A stretch of DNA of 64,000 nt, from positions 480,002 through 544,001 of the forward strand of contig CAVUKB010000006.1 of NCBI GenBank assembly GCA_963741955.1, given 5' to 3'. The stretch's first letter is position 1. Each line of letters begins with the position of its first letter. Under the pieces are notes generated by a model. That model was not told the DNA's origin. It worked only from the letters and a program-made list of their open reading frames with translations, and searched no databases. This DNA is from an uncultured Acidobacteriota bacterium (lineage in GTDB: Bacteria; Acidobacteriota; Thermoanaerobaculia; Gp7-AA8). The position numbers and the translations under genes are program-made. Shown here piece after piece: positions 1 to 9,384 of this stretch.

Positions 1-290
1 TGACGGACCTGGTCCGGTCCGTTGGAAATCCCGTAGGTCCGGTATGGAAGATGTTCGTTCTCCCTCTCCTGCGGAGCTTTTCTCGGTTCCGGATGCGGGA
101 CGATGCTACGCAGCGGAGGAGAGATGTCAAACGATTCCGGCAGAACCCGGCGCGGAGTCTTGGGCGGCTGCGCTGCCAACAGAGGAAGAGCCGAGAAAGC
201 GAAAAGGAGTACCGCTCCGTTCGTCAGCAGCGTGCGGATCGCCGTTCCGTTGGTCACGAGGGCGAAGAGTCTTTTCGTGGTGCTCATCAT
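1..290 (-). CDS. Secreted protein, N-terminal part (runs off the window start)
   Basis: Manual translation from ATG at 290 (RBS GGAGGAG): MMSTTKRLFALVTNGTAIRTLLTNGAVLLFAFSALPLLAAQPPKTPRRVLPESFDISPPLRSI... It has a signal peptide, is open to the window edge, and starts 16 nt after the stop of the 307-3336 gene. Confidence 0.75.
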   Translation of the reverse strand, partial: MMSTTKRLFALVTNGTAIRTLLTNGAVLLFAFSALPLLAAQPPKTPRRVLPESFDISPPLRSIVPHPEPRKAPQERENEHLPYRTYGISNGPDQVR

Positions 291-306
291 GATCTCCTCC
301 TCGCTC

Positions 307-3300
307 TCAGTACCGGACCCAGATGGCGTAGTAGTAGGTCACACCGTTGGTGAGCCCGGTGTGGGTGTATGTGTCGACGGCGCCGAACACGACAGGACGG
401 TTCGTCACCAGCGTCGTCGCCGAAGGATCGGCCGGCGAGCTCGGATACTGGTCGGTGCGGTAGTTGATGGTCACGGTCGTTCCACTCGATCCGGCTGGCG
501 GGTCCCACCATTCGAGCAGGTTCTCCCCGCCGCTCGCCGTTCCGGTCGTCGTGACGGTGAATGCCTGGACGGCGAAGGGTGCCGACGTGCACCCCGCCCC
601 GGTCGTCGCGCTCTTCTGCACCGTATTCGTCTCTTCGACGTTGTTCGATTCGTCCATCGCGCGGACGATGTAGTAATACGTGGTGTTCGCGGCGAGTGCC
701 GAGGTATCGGAGTAGCTCGTCCCGCTCAGTCGGGTCGCGATCCGGTTCGTCGATGACGGAGTGAACCCACTCGTCGCCGAGCGGTAAACGCTGTAGCTCA
801 ACGGACCCGAACAGTTCGCGGTTCCCGCGCTCCACGAGAGGTCGATCGTGCAGGTCGACGAGACCGAACCCGTGGCGCTCGTGAGCCCCGGGAAAGTCGG
901 AGCGGTCATGCAGTCGCCGTACGCGATCCCGGACGCGCAGGACGAGAGCGATGACTCACAACTGCCTCCCGCGTCGACTGCCGAAATCTCGTACGAATAC
1001 GTGTTCCCGCCGACGACCGTGTTGTCGGTCCACGACGTCGCGGTAATTCCCGTCGCGACGGCGCTGTAGCTGCTTCCCGGGCACGCGCCATCCGCTCGGT
1101 ATACGGTGTACGTCGCCCCGGCCGGAGAGCCGGCGGTCCACGATACGGTCAGCGAGCTCGGAGCATTGGCGACGACCGTACCCACCGTCGGGACGCCCGG
1201 CGGCGTGCAGGCGGCGCACGCCACCGCGCTCGAGCACGCGGACGTCGTCGACATCGGCGTCAGGGCGGTCCCGGGACAATTGTTCTTCGCGATCACGTGG
1301 TAGTAGTAGGTGGTCCCTGCCGCGACGCTCGAATCGGTGTAACCGGTGGCGGTCAGAGCGGTCGCCACGACCACCTTACCCGTCGTGCAGGAGGCATCGG
1401 TGAACCTCTCGATGCTGTAGGTACCGTTGGTTGCGTTGGTTCCCCAGTTCGAAGGAGCGAGCCAGGAGATGTCGATCGAACCGGCGTTGCACGCGAGAAT
1501 CGGTGCGGCGATCGCTGCGGGAGCGGAACAGTTGGTGATGGTCAGTGTCGCCGCATCTTCGACCCGGGTGTCTCCACTGGTGGGGTAATAGTTGCGCGTA
1601 TCGGTCCAGATCGCGTGAGCCTGCCGGTTCGCAGCCGCGATCCCGGTGTAGTCGCCGTATTGATTTCCGTTGTAGTTCGCGTTGGTGCCCGAGTTCTCCT
1701 GCGAATAGCCGACCTTGTTCACGAAGTTCGTGCCGGCATCGACGACATTGATGTTCGGCTCGAAGGAGACGCCGCCGTCGATGGAGCGCGCGTAATACAT
1801 CTGCGAGCGCGTGTTCCCGCCGTCATTCCGCCCGTCGTACCAGCCGACGTTGAGCGTTCCGTCGCTCTGATCGACCTGACCCCACGGAAAGATCTGCGTG
1901 GCCGTACCGGTGTCGTCGTTGACCTTCACCTCGGAAGACCAGGTCGCGCCGCCGTCGGTCGAGTAATTCTCGTAGATGTTGATGTTGGAGCCCGATCCTG
2001 TTGTGGACGGGAAGTCGGGATAGACCACGTAGAGACGGTCGACGAAGATGCTGGAGGGATTGTTGTCGATGCTGATGGAGGCGAACGCGTTCACGCCACG
2101 CTGATCCTGCATCGGCGGCTTGTTGTTCGTTCCGAAGGACGCGAGATTGTGGTTCCGGCCGACCTGGACCGCGGCGCTCCACGTGGCACCGCCATTGGTC
2201 GACTTCGAAAAGACCGTCCGGTCGCCCGAGCCCACGCCGCCGGTCTGGCTGTACTTGTTCCAGATCGCGTACACGGTTCCATCGCGGCCGATCGTCATCT
2301 GACCGCCGATGTCGCCGCTCCCGGAGAGGACCACCGTGGTCCAGCTGGAGTACGGAGGGTCCGAGTACGCGACCCGTTCGGAGTTGTTTCGATCCCAGAT
2401 AACGAAGATGCGATCGGTGTGCGAGTGCGCCTGGCCCGACGTGGTGTCGATGGCCATCATGTTCTTGTCATCGAACGTCGTGCTGTTGCTCAGCGTGTTC
2501 GCAATGATCGACAGCGCCGACCAGGTCTGGCCGTTGTCCGTCGATCGTGAGACGACCAGCGAGGAGCCCGTCGATCCGAGCGCGGTCTGGTTGATCAGCA
2601 TGTAATTCGCGTACGCGTTTCCCTGACTGTCGAACGCCACGGTCGGATCGCTTCCGAACCAGTACTGCGCGCCACCGAGGCCGCCCGTATCTGCGGCCGG
2701 CCAGGGTGCGCATTGGTAGACCCACGTCGCGCCACCGTCGCTCGAACCGAAGAGAGCCTGTGTCCCGTACGTTTTCGACGCGCCGCCGGTCGGGGACTGG
2801 CACTGCGGAGCCGGATCGCGGTAGAACGAGTTCGATCCCGCGACCATGTGCATCGGATTGTTCGGGTCGACCGCGACCTGCACTTCTCCCTGGTAGGTCG
2901 GGACACCGGTGGGGGCGAGGTCGAGATCTCCTCCGAGAGATGCCGCCTTCAACCCTGTGGCCATCGAGCTCTTCGTCTCGATCTCCCCTTCTTCTTCACC
3001 CGCGCTCTTCCCGTGCAATTTCGCCCAGGCGATGTGCATGCAACGGACGGGAGGCGGCATCTCCATCTCGATGTGCTTCGCCACCCTCCATGCTTCGAAT
3101 TGCGCCTGAGGATCGACATCCTGGTGCTTGAGCTGATCCACCACCGCGGGCGTCACGATCTGCGCGCAACCATCATCGACGGCTGGAGGCCCCCCTGCAG
3201 CCATCGCCGCGGAGGTGCTCAGCAGGAGGAATGGGAGCGCGAGGAGAGTGCTCGACAGGAGAGAAGCAGCACGACCCGTCGAACGGATGCTCGCGCGGAT

Positions 3301-3336
3301 CCGGAAAAACCGCGAGGAAGGTGCGGTAGACGACAT
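307..3336 (-). CDS. Large secreted protein: BNR/Asp-box (sialidase-like) beta-propeller plus several fibronectin type III modules
   Basis: 1009-aa ORF with signal peptide (LLLSTSAAMA), repeated Asp-boxes (SSDGGATW, STDNGQTW, STNGGATW, STDGGATW, SIDGGVSF) and FN3-like segments (W..P...Y.I/VYR...YTD......TYYY.V.A). RBS GGAG lies upstream. Confidence 0.88.
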   Translation of the reverse strand: MSSTAPSSRFFRIRASIRSTGRAASLLSSTLLALPFLLLSTSAAMAAGGPPAVDDGCAQIVTPAVVDQLKHQDVDPQAQFEAWRVAKHIEMEMPPPVRCMHIAWAKLHGKSAGEEEGEIETKSSMATGLKAASLGGDLDLAPTGVPTYQGEVQVAVDPNNPMHMVAGSNSFYRDPAPQCQSPTGGASKTYGTQALFGSSDGGATWVYQCAPWPAADTGGLGGAQYWFGSDPTVAFDSQGNAYANYMLINQTALGSTGSSLVVSRSTDNGQTWSALSIIANTLSNSTTFDDKNMMAIDTTSGQAHSHTDRIFVIWDRNNSERVAYSDPPYSSWTTVVLSGSGDIGGQMTIGRDGTVYAIWNKYSQTGGVGSGDRTVFSKSTNGGATWSAAVQVGRNHNLASFGTNNKPPMQDQRGVNAFASISIDNNPSSIFVDRLYVVYPDFPSTTGSGSNINIYENYSTDGGATWSSEVKVNDDTGTATQIFPWGQVDQSDGTLNVGWYDGRNDGGNTRSQMYYARSIDGGVSFEPNINVVDAGTNFVNKVGYSQENSGTNANYNGNQYGDYTGIAAANRQAHAIWTDTRNYYPTSGDTRVEDAATLTITNCSAPAAIAAPILACNAGSIDISWLAPSNWGTNATNGTYSIERFTDASCTTGKVVVATALTATGYTDSSVAAGTTYYYHVIAKNNCPGTALTPMSTTSACSSAVACAACTPPGVPTVGTVVANAPSSLTVSWTAGSPAGATYTVYRADGACPGSSYSAVATGITATSWTDNTVVGGNTYSYEISAVDAGGSCESSLSSCASGIAYGDCMTAPTFPGLTSATGSVSSTCTIDLSWSAGTANCSGPLSYSVYRSATSGFTPSSTNRIATRLSGTSYSDTSALAANTTYYYIVRAMDESNNVEETNTVQKSATTGAGCTSAPFAVQAFTVTTTGTASGGENLLEWWDPPAGSSGTTVTINYRTDQYPSSPADPSATTLVTNRPVVFGAVDTYTHTGLTNGVTYYYAIWVRY

Positions 3337-3527
3337 GACATCTCCTTGGGGTCAGAAGACCGGGCGAACCTCAGAGACTCGGGCTGGACTGGCCGCGATG
3401 GTTGAGACGGAGGCAAATGATGACTGCGATGCTCCAGGATGTATTTTTCCATCGGCTCGCACGACTTCGCGACATGCGCATGTTGGCCTGTCTGACGGCG
3501 TGAACGAAGGTTCCGATGACTTCTCAT

Positions 3528-3611
3528 GACTCGTATGGCAGCCGGACTGTCCACGAGGGACTCTCGGCTTTGCGTCCCCGCCTCGCGGCGGGTTTGCTCT
3601 TTTTCTGAGTC
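3528..3611 (-). ncRNA. GEMM-I (c-di-GMP-I family) riboswitch, A20 variant
   Basis: Minus strand reads GACUC AGAAAAAG A GC AAA CC CGCC GCGA GGCGG GGACGC AAAGCC GAGAG UCC CUCGU GGA CAG UCCGG CUGCC AUAC GAGUC. It has the GCAAACC...GNRA...GGGACGCAAAGCC consensus, a P3 hairpin and a P1 pair GACUC/GAGUC, and lies in the 5' leader of the 307-3336 gene. Confidence 0.88.
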
Positions 3612-3628
3612 GGATTGACCGCTGGCCG

Positions 3629-3657
3629 ACTTTAAACAGTTGTTACGCGAGTGTCAA
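3629..3657 (-). promoter_or_regulatory. Sigma70-type promoter driving the riboswitch leader
   Basis: TTGACA (3657-3652), 17-nt spacer, TAAAGT (3634-3629). The predicted start is about 3622, roughly 10 nt before riboswitch P1. Confidence 0.8.
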
Positions 3658-3715
3658 CGAATGGTTACGGAGCCCGGAGACACCTCAGCCGGACTCGTTG
3701 TTGCTCGGATTTCGC

Positions 3716-4255
3716 TCAGGGTCGGATCTCGAAGCTCGCCGGCTCCGCACACTTCAGCGAGTCACCGTCGACGTAGGCCTCCGCGGACCACGTCCCGTAA
3801 AGCGAGTTGCTCATGATCAGCGTCCCCGCGACCGGGAGCCGCACGCTCGTTCCGAGCTCCTTCCCCTTCGCCCAGCTCACCGGCTGGAGCACGCGCACGT
3901 CCAGCGGCAGCGGGTAGCCGTCCAGCTTTCTCTGCGTCCCCTTCCCCTTCGCGTCGTACGTGAAGGGAATCGCGGTGGACTGGTAGAGAAAGCCGTGCGG
4001 AGTGAAGATCTTCAACTCGACCTGGTGATCGCCCGAGAAGCGGTTGGCCGAACCGGGGTTGAAAAGCACCCAGAGGTCGATGTCGAGAATCCGCGTCGCG
4101 GAGAAACTCTCCGCCGGCGCTCCGCCGTTCAACTGCGCCGACGTCGCGATCACCGAGACACATCCGCCGTTGCTCCCCCCGTTCTTCGCGAAGGCCGGAA
4201 GGGCCGCGAAGGCGAGGAGAATCACTGCGGCGAGAATCGTTCGTGTTCTTTTCAT
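3716..4255 (-). CDS. Hypothetical secreted protein (179 aa)
   Basis: Start re-assigned to MKRTRTILAAVILLAFAALPAFA (signal peptide, RBS GAGGAG) inside the 302-aa ORF. It directly follows the 4278 stop. Confidence 0.8.
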   Translation of the reverse strand: MKRTRTILAAVILLAFAALPAFAKNGGSNGGCVSVIATSAQLNGGAPAESFSATRILDIDLWVLFNPGSANRFSGDHQVELKIFTPHGFLYQSTAIPFTYDAKGKGTQRKLDGYPLPLDVRVLQPVSWAKGKELGTSVRLPVAGTLIMSNSLYGTWSAEAYVDGDSLKCAEPASFEIRP

Positions 4256-4277
4256 GGTCTGCTCCTCTCTCCTTCGG

Positions 4278-6857
4278 TCAGGGTGCGACCGCGAAGAACG
4301 CTCCTTCTTCCGTCCCGACACAGACGGCTCCCTGGCGGTAATCCATGATCGGCGCTCCCACGCTGCCGGTCGACAGCGTGATCCGGGACTGCGCGGGGCT
4401 CGCGGTATCGGAACCGGCGAACTTGACCAGCTCGCCGCTGGACGAACCGACCCATGCGTCCGTCGGAGTCGAGATGATGTTCGACGGATACGCCACCGAA
4501 CCGGCTCCGGAACCGGGTGTCGACCAGAGGAGCGACACTGCGCCGGCGCCATTGTCCACGAGGGCCCACACCCGGTTCGTGGTGCAGAAGTAGAGGCGGT
4601 TCGACGACCAGTCGGGGTACACATACGTCTTCACCGGGCCATCGAACGTATCGTAGGACCACAGCGGAAACGCGGTGCCGAAGGAACCGACCGGATACGC
4701 GTAGACCTGACCACTGTTGTTGCCGACGTAAACCACTCCGTTGCGGGTCATCGGCGTAGTCTCAGCATCACCGATCGCGGCCGACCAGGTCAGATGAGGA
4801 GTGGTCGCATCGAACGAGAGCGCCCAGACCGTGTTCGAGCTCCCTCCTGCCAGCGTCCGGCTGGTGAAGATCAGGGTGCGGGACTGGACGTCGATCGCCG
4901 GCATCGCGGTGATGATCCCGATCCCCTGGCCGTTCCCCCCCTGCGCAGCGCTGTTGGTGAAGCGCCACCGTTCGGTTCCGTTCTGCGCATCGAGTGCGAC
5001 CATCGCATTCGTACCCGACGAGTTCCGCGTTCCGACGAAGAGAAGATCGTTGGAGAGAGTGCTGAATCCGTACTGCCTCATCGCATAGGTCACCGGCGCC
5101 ACGATCGACGTTGCACCGGAAACCTGCGTCATCCACTGCTGTGCGCCACTGTCGGCATTGAAGCAGTAGACGCGGCCATCCTGCGTCGCAACGAAGACGA
5201 CGTTCGTCGCCGGGCCACTCGGGCCGGTGACGGGATGGAGGCTCATCGGCACGACCGGGACGCGCCCTTGGGACGGGGCATTCATCTGCGGAGGAATCCA
5301 GTTCGACCCGCGCGGCCAGTCTCCTCCGGTCGCGCCGACGTTCATTCCATGGAGGAACCGATCGTTCGAGACCGCGAAGACCGCGTTGAACACCGTCGGC
5401 GGAGTGAGCGCGGTCGCGCCGGTCTGATAGCGCCACTTCAGCTTCGTCGCCGAATCGGGAGGAATCGTCGTCACCGAGCGCTGGCTCGAGTACGACGTCC
5501 CGCTCGAGACGAACGCGCTGTACGAGTACTTCTGCGAGGTCGTCAGCCCGGGATCGCTGAAACTTCCGTACCCGGTGGCGTCCGTCGTCACCGTCGACCG
5601 ATAGGCAACCGGATCAGGTGTCGCCGGAGCGGTTGCTCCGGCCGACCGGTAGATCTTGATCGTGCTCCCCGGCGTTGCAGCCCACTCGAGCTTCACCGCG
5701 CCGTTCGCCCCGGCCGCAGCGGCCTTCGACGTGGCCGTCAGGAGCCGAAGCGGCGATGGCGACGTCGTGCATGCCGACGCGCTCGTTCCGTAGGTCAGCG
5801 AAAGATCGTCGAGGTTGTATCCATATCCTTTGTCCCCGGTCTGGTCGGTCTTGAAGCGCCAGATCAGCCAGAGATTCTGTCCCTGGATCCCGTCGAGGTT
5901 CACCGTCACGTCACTGTACGTGTAGTGCGCTCCGTTCCACGCCGGACGATTCGTCGAGACGCCGTTCTGCCAGAACGCGATGCTGGTGTTGTACGGCTCG
6001 TTCTCGATGTACGGAGCACCCGGGGTCGGAGTGTCCGGCATTCCCTGATACGTGCTGACGTCGGCGTAGTTGTTGAACGGGTTCGTCGTCGTGTAGTACA
6101 GCCGGACGCCGTCATAGACCGACTGGAAGTCGTAGGCGTGCCAGAAGCGAAGCCTGACGCTCTTCGCGCTCACCGGGACGGCGATCCCGCTCGACCCGCC
6201 GAGGATCAGCCGGTTGTCTTCCTTGGTATTGTATTTCCCGCAATTCGCGGGGCCGAAACGGAGCGCGGTCGTCCCGCTGTGGACCAGGCAGTTCGAGAGA
6301 ATCAGCTCGGTGTTGACGTTCGCATCCGAGCCGCCGGGCCAGACGCTCGCGTCCCACTGGGGGTTCGTCGCCTCGAAGTTGTCGCTCGCCGCCGTCGTTA
6401 GCGTCCCGGTCGGCGTTCCGTCCCTCCACGCCGTATTCGTCTCCTCGGCCCAGCTGACCGACGACATCGCCCGCACCATGTAGTAGTACGTCACGCCCTG
6501 CGCCAGATCAGCGGTGTCGGTGTAGCTCGTTCCCGTGACGTTGAATGCGATCCGGTTGCTGACGGAAGGAGCGAATGGGTTGGTCGTGCTCCGGTAGACG
6601 TTGTACGTGACCGTTCCGCCGCAGTTGTCCGTCCCCGGATTCCACGACGCCTGCAGCGTGCAGGTCGATCCGCCCGGATTCGTCACCAGATCGATCCCGC
6701 CGAACGTGGGCGCGGTCGTGCACTGCGCCTCGAGAGCCGCAGGAGTGATCGCCACCAGGGCGAGAAGCACCGCCGTCGCAACCCGAGCGCGCATCCCGTG
6801 CTTCCTGCCAGCGCCCGCCCTCCTGCTCACTCTTGTTCGCTCGTTGCCCTGAATCAT
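4278..6857 (-). CDS. Secreted FN3-domain protein with C-terminal PQQ-like/BamB-type beta-propeller
   Basis: Start probably MIQGNERT (RBS GAGGCGGAG), or 6794. It has a signal peptide, an FN3 module and a central beta-sandwich (LRFWHAYDFQSVYDG), then PQQ-like repeats (VFVATQDGRVYCFNADSGAQQW, MVALDAQNGTERWRF, VVYVGNNSGQVYAY). Confidence 0.85.
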   Translation of the reverse strand: MIQGNERTRVSRRAGAGRKHGMRARVATAVLLALVAITPAALEAQCTTAPTFGGIDLVTNPGGSTCTLQASWNPGTDNCGGTVTYNVYRSTTNPFAPSVSNRIAFNVTGTSYTDTADLAQGVTYYYMVRAMSSVSWAEETNTAWRDGTPTGTLTTAASDNFEATNPQWDASVWPGGSDANVNTELILSNCLVHSGTTALRFGPANCGKYNTKEDNRLILGGSSGIAVPVSAKSVRLRFWHAYDFQSVYDGVRLYYTTTNPFNNYADVSTYQGMPDTPTPGAPYIENEPYNTSIAFWQNGVSTNRPAWNGAHYTYSDVTVNLDGIQGQNLWLIWRFKTDQTGDKGYGYNLDDLSLTYGTSASACTTSPSPLRLLTATSKAAAAGANGAVKLEWAATPGSTIKIYRSAGATAPATPDPVAYRSTVTTDATGYGSFSDPGLTTSQKYSYSAFVSSGTSYSSQRSVTTIPPDSATKLKWRYQTGATALTPPTVFNAVFAVSNDRFLHGMNVGATGGDWPRGSNWIPPQMNAPSQGRVPVVPMSLHPVTGPSGPATNVVFVATQDGRVYCFNADSGAQQWMTQVSGATSIVAPVTYAMRQYGFSTLSNDLLFVGTRNSSGTNAMVALDAQNGTERWRFTNSAAQGGNGQGIGIITAMPAIDVQSRTLIFTSRTLAGGSSNTVWALSFDATTPHLTWSAAIGDAETTPMTRNGVVYVGNNSGQVYAYPVGSFGTAFPLWSYDTFDGPVKTYVYPDWSSNRLYFCTTNRVWALVDNGAGAVSLLWSTPGSGAGSVAYPSNIISTPTDAWVGSSSGELVKFAGSDTASPAQSRITLSTGSVGAPIMDYRQGAVCVGTEEGAFFAVAP

Positions 6858-7108
6858 CTCCGCCTCACTTTTTTTCTCGCCCCACTTCGAGACCTGTATT
6901 TTTCCGATCCCCTCCGCGACTGATGGACCAGAGGGAACGGATCGACGGTTCCGAAGGGATCGAGCGGGCCCCTCCTGTCCGTCGTGTATCTTCAAAGAGA
7001 CACGAATGGGGTGACGACTGCCTGACCCAACGCTCGCTCCGAGCCCGGGGTGCCGTCGTCACCTCGCCTTCCGCGGATCAATATAACAGCTGAGTCGCGG
7101 ACTTATTC

Positions 7109-7124
7109 ACTATCTTTCGTTAGG
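7109..7124. promoter_or_regulatory. Candidate palindromic operator ACTATCTTTCGTTAGG
   Basis: 15/16 identical to 11763-11778 (ACTATCTTTCGATAGG). Both lie upstream of minus-strand genes. A TGT-TATATT -10-like box lies about 25 nt downstream on the minus strand. Confidence 0.4.
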
Positions 7125-7163
7125 TTTAGCTATCCCCAAACCGCTAGGGGAGACGGAGCTAAC

Positions 7164-7263
7164 GAAAGGCATCGTGGATCTGAAAAGCATCGTGGATCGT
7201 GGATCGCGGATCGTGGATCTGAAAAGCATCGCGGATCGTGGATCGTGGATCTGAAAAGCATCG
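7164..7263 (+). repeat. Heptamer (GATCGTG/GATCGCG) block punctuated by TCTGAAAAGCATC
   Basis: Directly visible. Inverted counterparts lie at about 7568-7607 and 9541-9630, and the same family occurs at 54683-54757 and 55367-55443. Confidence 0.9.
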
Positions 7264-7282
7264 AAGGTCGCCGATCGAGAAC

Positions 7283-7688
7283 AGCCCCGTAGGGGCGTTT
7301 GACAATAGCCCAGGACGCAGTCCTGGGGTTGCTCGCCAACAGACCCCAGAGCCCCGTAGGGGCGTTTGACAATAGCCCAGGACGCAGTCCTGGGGCTGTT
7401 CGCCGGCAGATTCGTGATCGGAAAGGCTTCGCGGATCGGCGGTCCGGCTCCCGCATACAACAAAGCCGGGCGTGCGCCCGGCTCGAGATGGTTCGTACCC
7501 GATCGCCACCATCCGATCAACGATCACCCGTCAGCCTCCCATCGTCGATCAGCATTTCTCCTCGACGGATTTCAGATCCGCGATCCGCGATGCCTTTCGA
7601 TCCTCGGAAAATGGGACGATTCAATCGCCCCTACGGGGCTCTCGGAGCGCGCTCTTTCGGACAACAATCCCAGGACTCCGTCCTGGGC
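7283..7688. repeat. REP-like two-hairpin elements (family B: AGCCCCGTAGGGGCG...TAGCCCAGGACGCAGTCCTGGG)
   Basis: Direct copies at 7283-7328 and 7350-7395. Inverted or partial copies at 7626-7640, 7668-7688, 9492-9537 and 55315-55359. Confidence 0.85.
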
Positions 7689-7721
7689 CTGGAGTTTGGC
7701 GTTTCTCGAGCAAGGCGCGAG

Positions 7722-9134
7722 CTACGAAGTGGCGTACTGGACAGCCATTTCGGGGGTGACAGCGGATTTCGAGCGCTTCAGGTGTCGTGCGACGGGGGTC
7801 TGGAAGTCGGTGAAATTGGGGGGTTCGAAGTTGCGGATGTGGCGAATGCAGGCGGATCGCATCGCGCGAAGGTACTGGCCGGTGGGTATTCGCCACTGAT
7901 CGGGGATATCGTTGTCTCTCCACTTGGGCATCAGTTCGGGGGGCGCAGTGGAGCCGAGGCCGAAGCAATCGGCGGCAGCGAGGAGCATCATCGAGTAGAC
8001 GGCTACGGCGAAAGCGGGCAGCGAGTCGACCGATCGCCGGTTGCGCACCTGCGCCTGGCCGACACCGAAGATCTGCTTTTCGTCGCGGTGATTGACCTCG
8101 ATATCCCAGCGGCGGAAGTAGGCTTGGACGAGCTCGACGAGCGAGAGTTTCAGGTCGGTACAGATCAGGAACGCCGGTTTGCGATACAGCAGGCGTGATT
8201 TCTTGCGGAGCCGATAGCCCAGTGGCCGGATCACGACGAGCCGCAGAGGCAGTTCATAACCCGAAGTTTTCCAAAGCACGGGACCGATGGTCTTGATCGA
8301 ACAGGCGTGTTCACGACCCGAGGCCCAGACTTGGACCTGTTGCCAGTCGATGGATTGGTCCACGCGGAGTTGATCGGGTGTTGGGGCCTGATCGCCATAC
8401 CAGCGCTTGCGTCCGCGAAGCGGTTGAGAGTTTGGAGGAAAGAACAGCTTCGCGTCGCCTCGGATGCGACCGATCAGGATCGTTCGTTCCGGCAAGTTCC
8501 GCAGAACCGTACGGTTGGTGTAACCGCCGTCAACCACCGGCATCAGCACGCGCTCGCTCGCTCCGAGCTGGTCAAAGTCCTTGCGAGTTTGGATCAGCAG
8601 ACGCGTTGCACCGATGGAAAGATTCTGCTCTTTCTGCTGGCGACGATACTCGGCACGTTCCTGCTCGGTTGCTCCGGCCCCCGGGCGAACCGCCGGAGGC
8701 TGGTGATTGAACCGGATCGGGAAGCTGCGCGCCGGACCGGCAGACTGGCCAGTTAAAGGAACACTGATCGCAGCCTGAATGAACCGTTGGGCGCGGATCA
8801 AGTTCGTGTGGAAAGGCGGCGACATCGGATCGCGCTGATAACTCACGCCTGGGATCTTCATGCCCGTCTTGCGCAACTTCGTGTCATCCAGCGGCAGCAC
8901 CAGCGGTGCGTCGAGCGGCAAGTACGCGAGCAGGTGTCGTTCGATGACTCTGAACATCTCGCTCACATCGAACCGACCCTCCGAGAAAACGCGATAGTCT
9001 GCCGACCAGTCCTGCTGCGGATCGCGGCCTGCTTCAATCATTCCGCTTACCGTGTGTCGCCCGGTGCAGTTGAGCAGGCCGATGGCCAACCCACGAACCC
9101 GCTGAAGCACCCGAGCATCACAGGATCCATTCAA
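7722..9134 (-). CDS. DDE transposase
   Basis: Motifs LDDT.LRKTG, VDGGY and YFRRWDIEVNHRDEK (Y-2-R-3-E-6-K signature of the IS4 superfamily). The frame stays open upstream of the TTG as far as the A9 run at 9181-9189. Confidence 0.92.
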   Translation of the reverse strand: MNGSCDARVLQRVRGLAIGLLNCTGRHTVSGMIEAGRDPQQDWSADYRVFSEGRFDVSEMFRVIERHLLAYLPLDAPLVLPLDDTKLRKTGMKIPGVSYQRDPMSPPFHTNLIRAQRFIQAAISVPLTGQSAGPARSFPIRFNHQPPAVRPGAGATEQERAEYRRQQKEQNLSIGATRLLIQTRKDFDQLGASERVLMPVVDGGYTNRTVLRNLPERTILIGRIRGDAKLFFPPNSQPLRGRKRWYGDQAPTPDQLRVDQSIDWQQVQVWASGREHACSIKTIGPVLWKTSGYELPLRLVVIRPLGYRLRKKSRLLYRKPAFLICTDLKLSLVELVQAYFRRWDIEVNHRDEKQIFGVGQAQVRNRRSVDSLPAFAVAVYSMMLLAAADCFGLGSTAPPELMPKWRDNDIPDQWRIPTGQYLRAMRSACIRHIRNFEPPNFTDFQTPVARHLKRSKSAVTPEMAVQYATS

Positions 9135-9174
9135 TTCGTCGAAGATCGCGTTGAATGAGCGAAGAAGATTTCGA

Positions 9175-9384
9175 TCAGCGTTTTTTTTTGACCCGCTTCG
9201 CTTCGACGGTTCCGGTCGGATCCTTTGCCCGCTTGAGGATCAGCGTTCGCTTGTCCTCGATGACCCATTCGACGATCTCACCGCGAATGAATTCACAAGC
9301 TTGGGCCACGGCCGCGGGAAGGTTCACGTACCACTGCCTGCTCTTTGCACGAGCGATCAGCTGCACTTTGGTTGGAAATCCCAT
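9175..9384 (-). CDS. Small IS-encoded AbrB/MazE-like (swapped-hairpin) protein
   Basis: MGFPTKVQLIARAKSRQWYVNLPAAVAQACEFIRGEIVEWVIEDKRTLILKR..., with a strong RBS AAGGAGG. The V.LP......F..GE.VEW pattern is AbrB-like. Confidence 0.75.
   Translation of the reverse strand: MGFPTKVQLIARAKSRQWYVNLPAAVAQACEFIRGEIVEWVIEDKRTLILKRAKDPTGTVEAKRVKKKR

Noticed and set aside
4044-6401. Long plus-strand ORFs (e.g. 785 aa here, 728 aa at 9591-11777, 520 aa at 56208-57770)
   Set aside because: They are antisense shadows of well-supported minus-strand genes in high-GC DNA, Arg/Pro-rich and without motifs.
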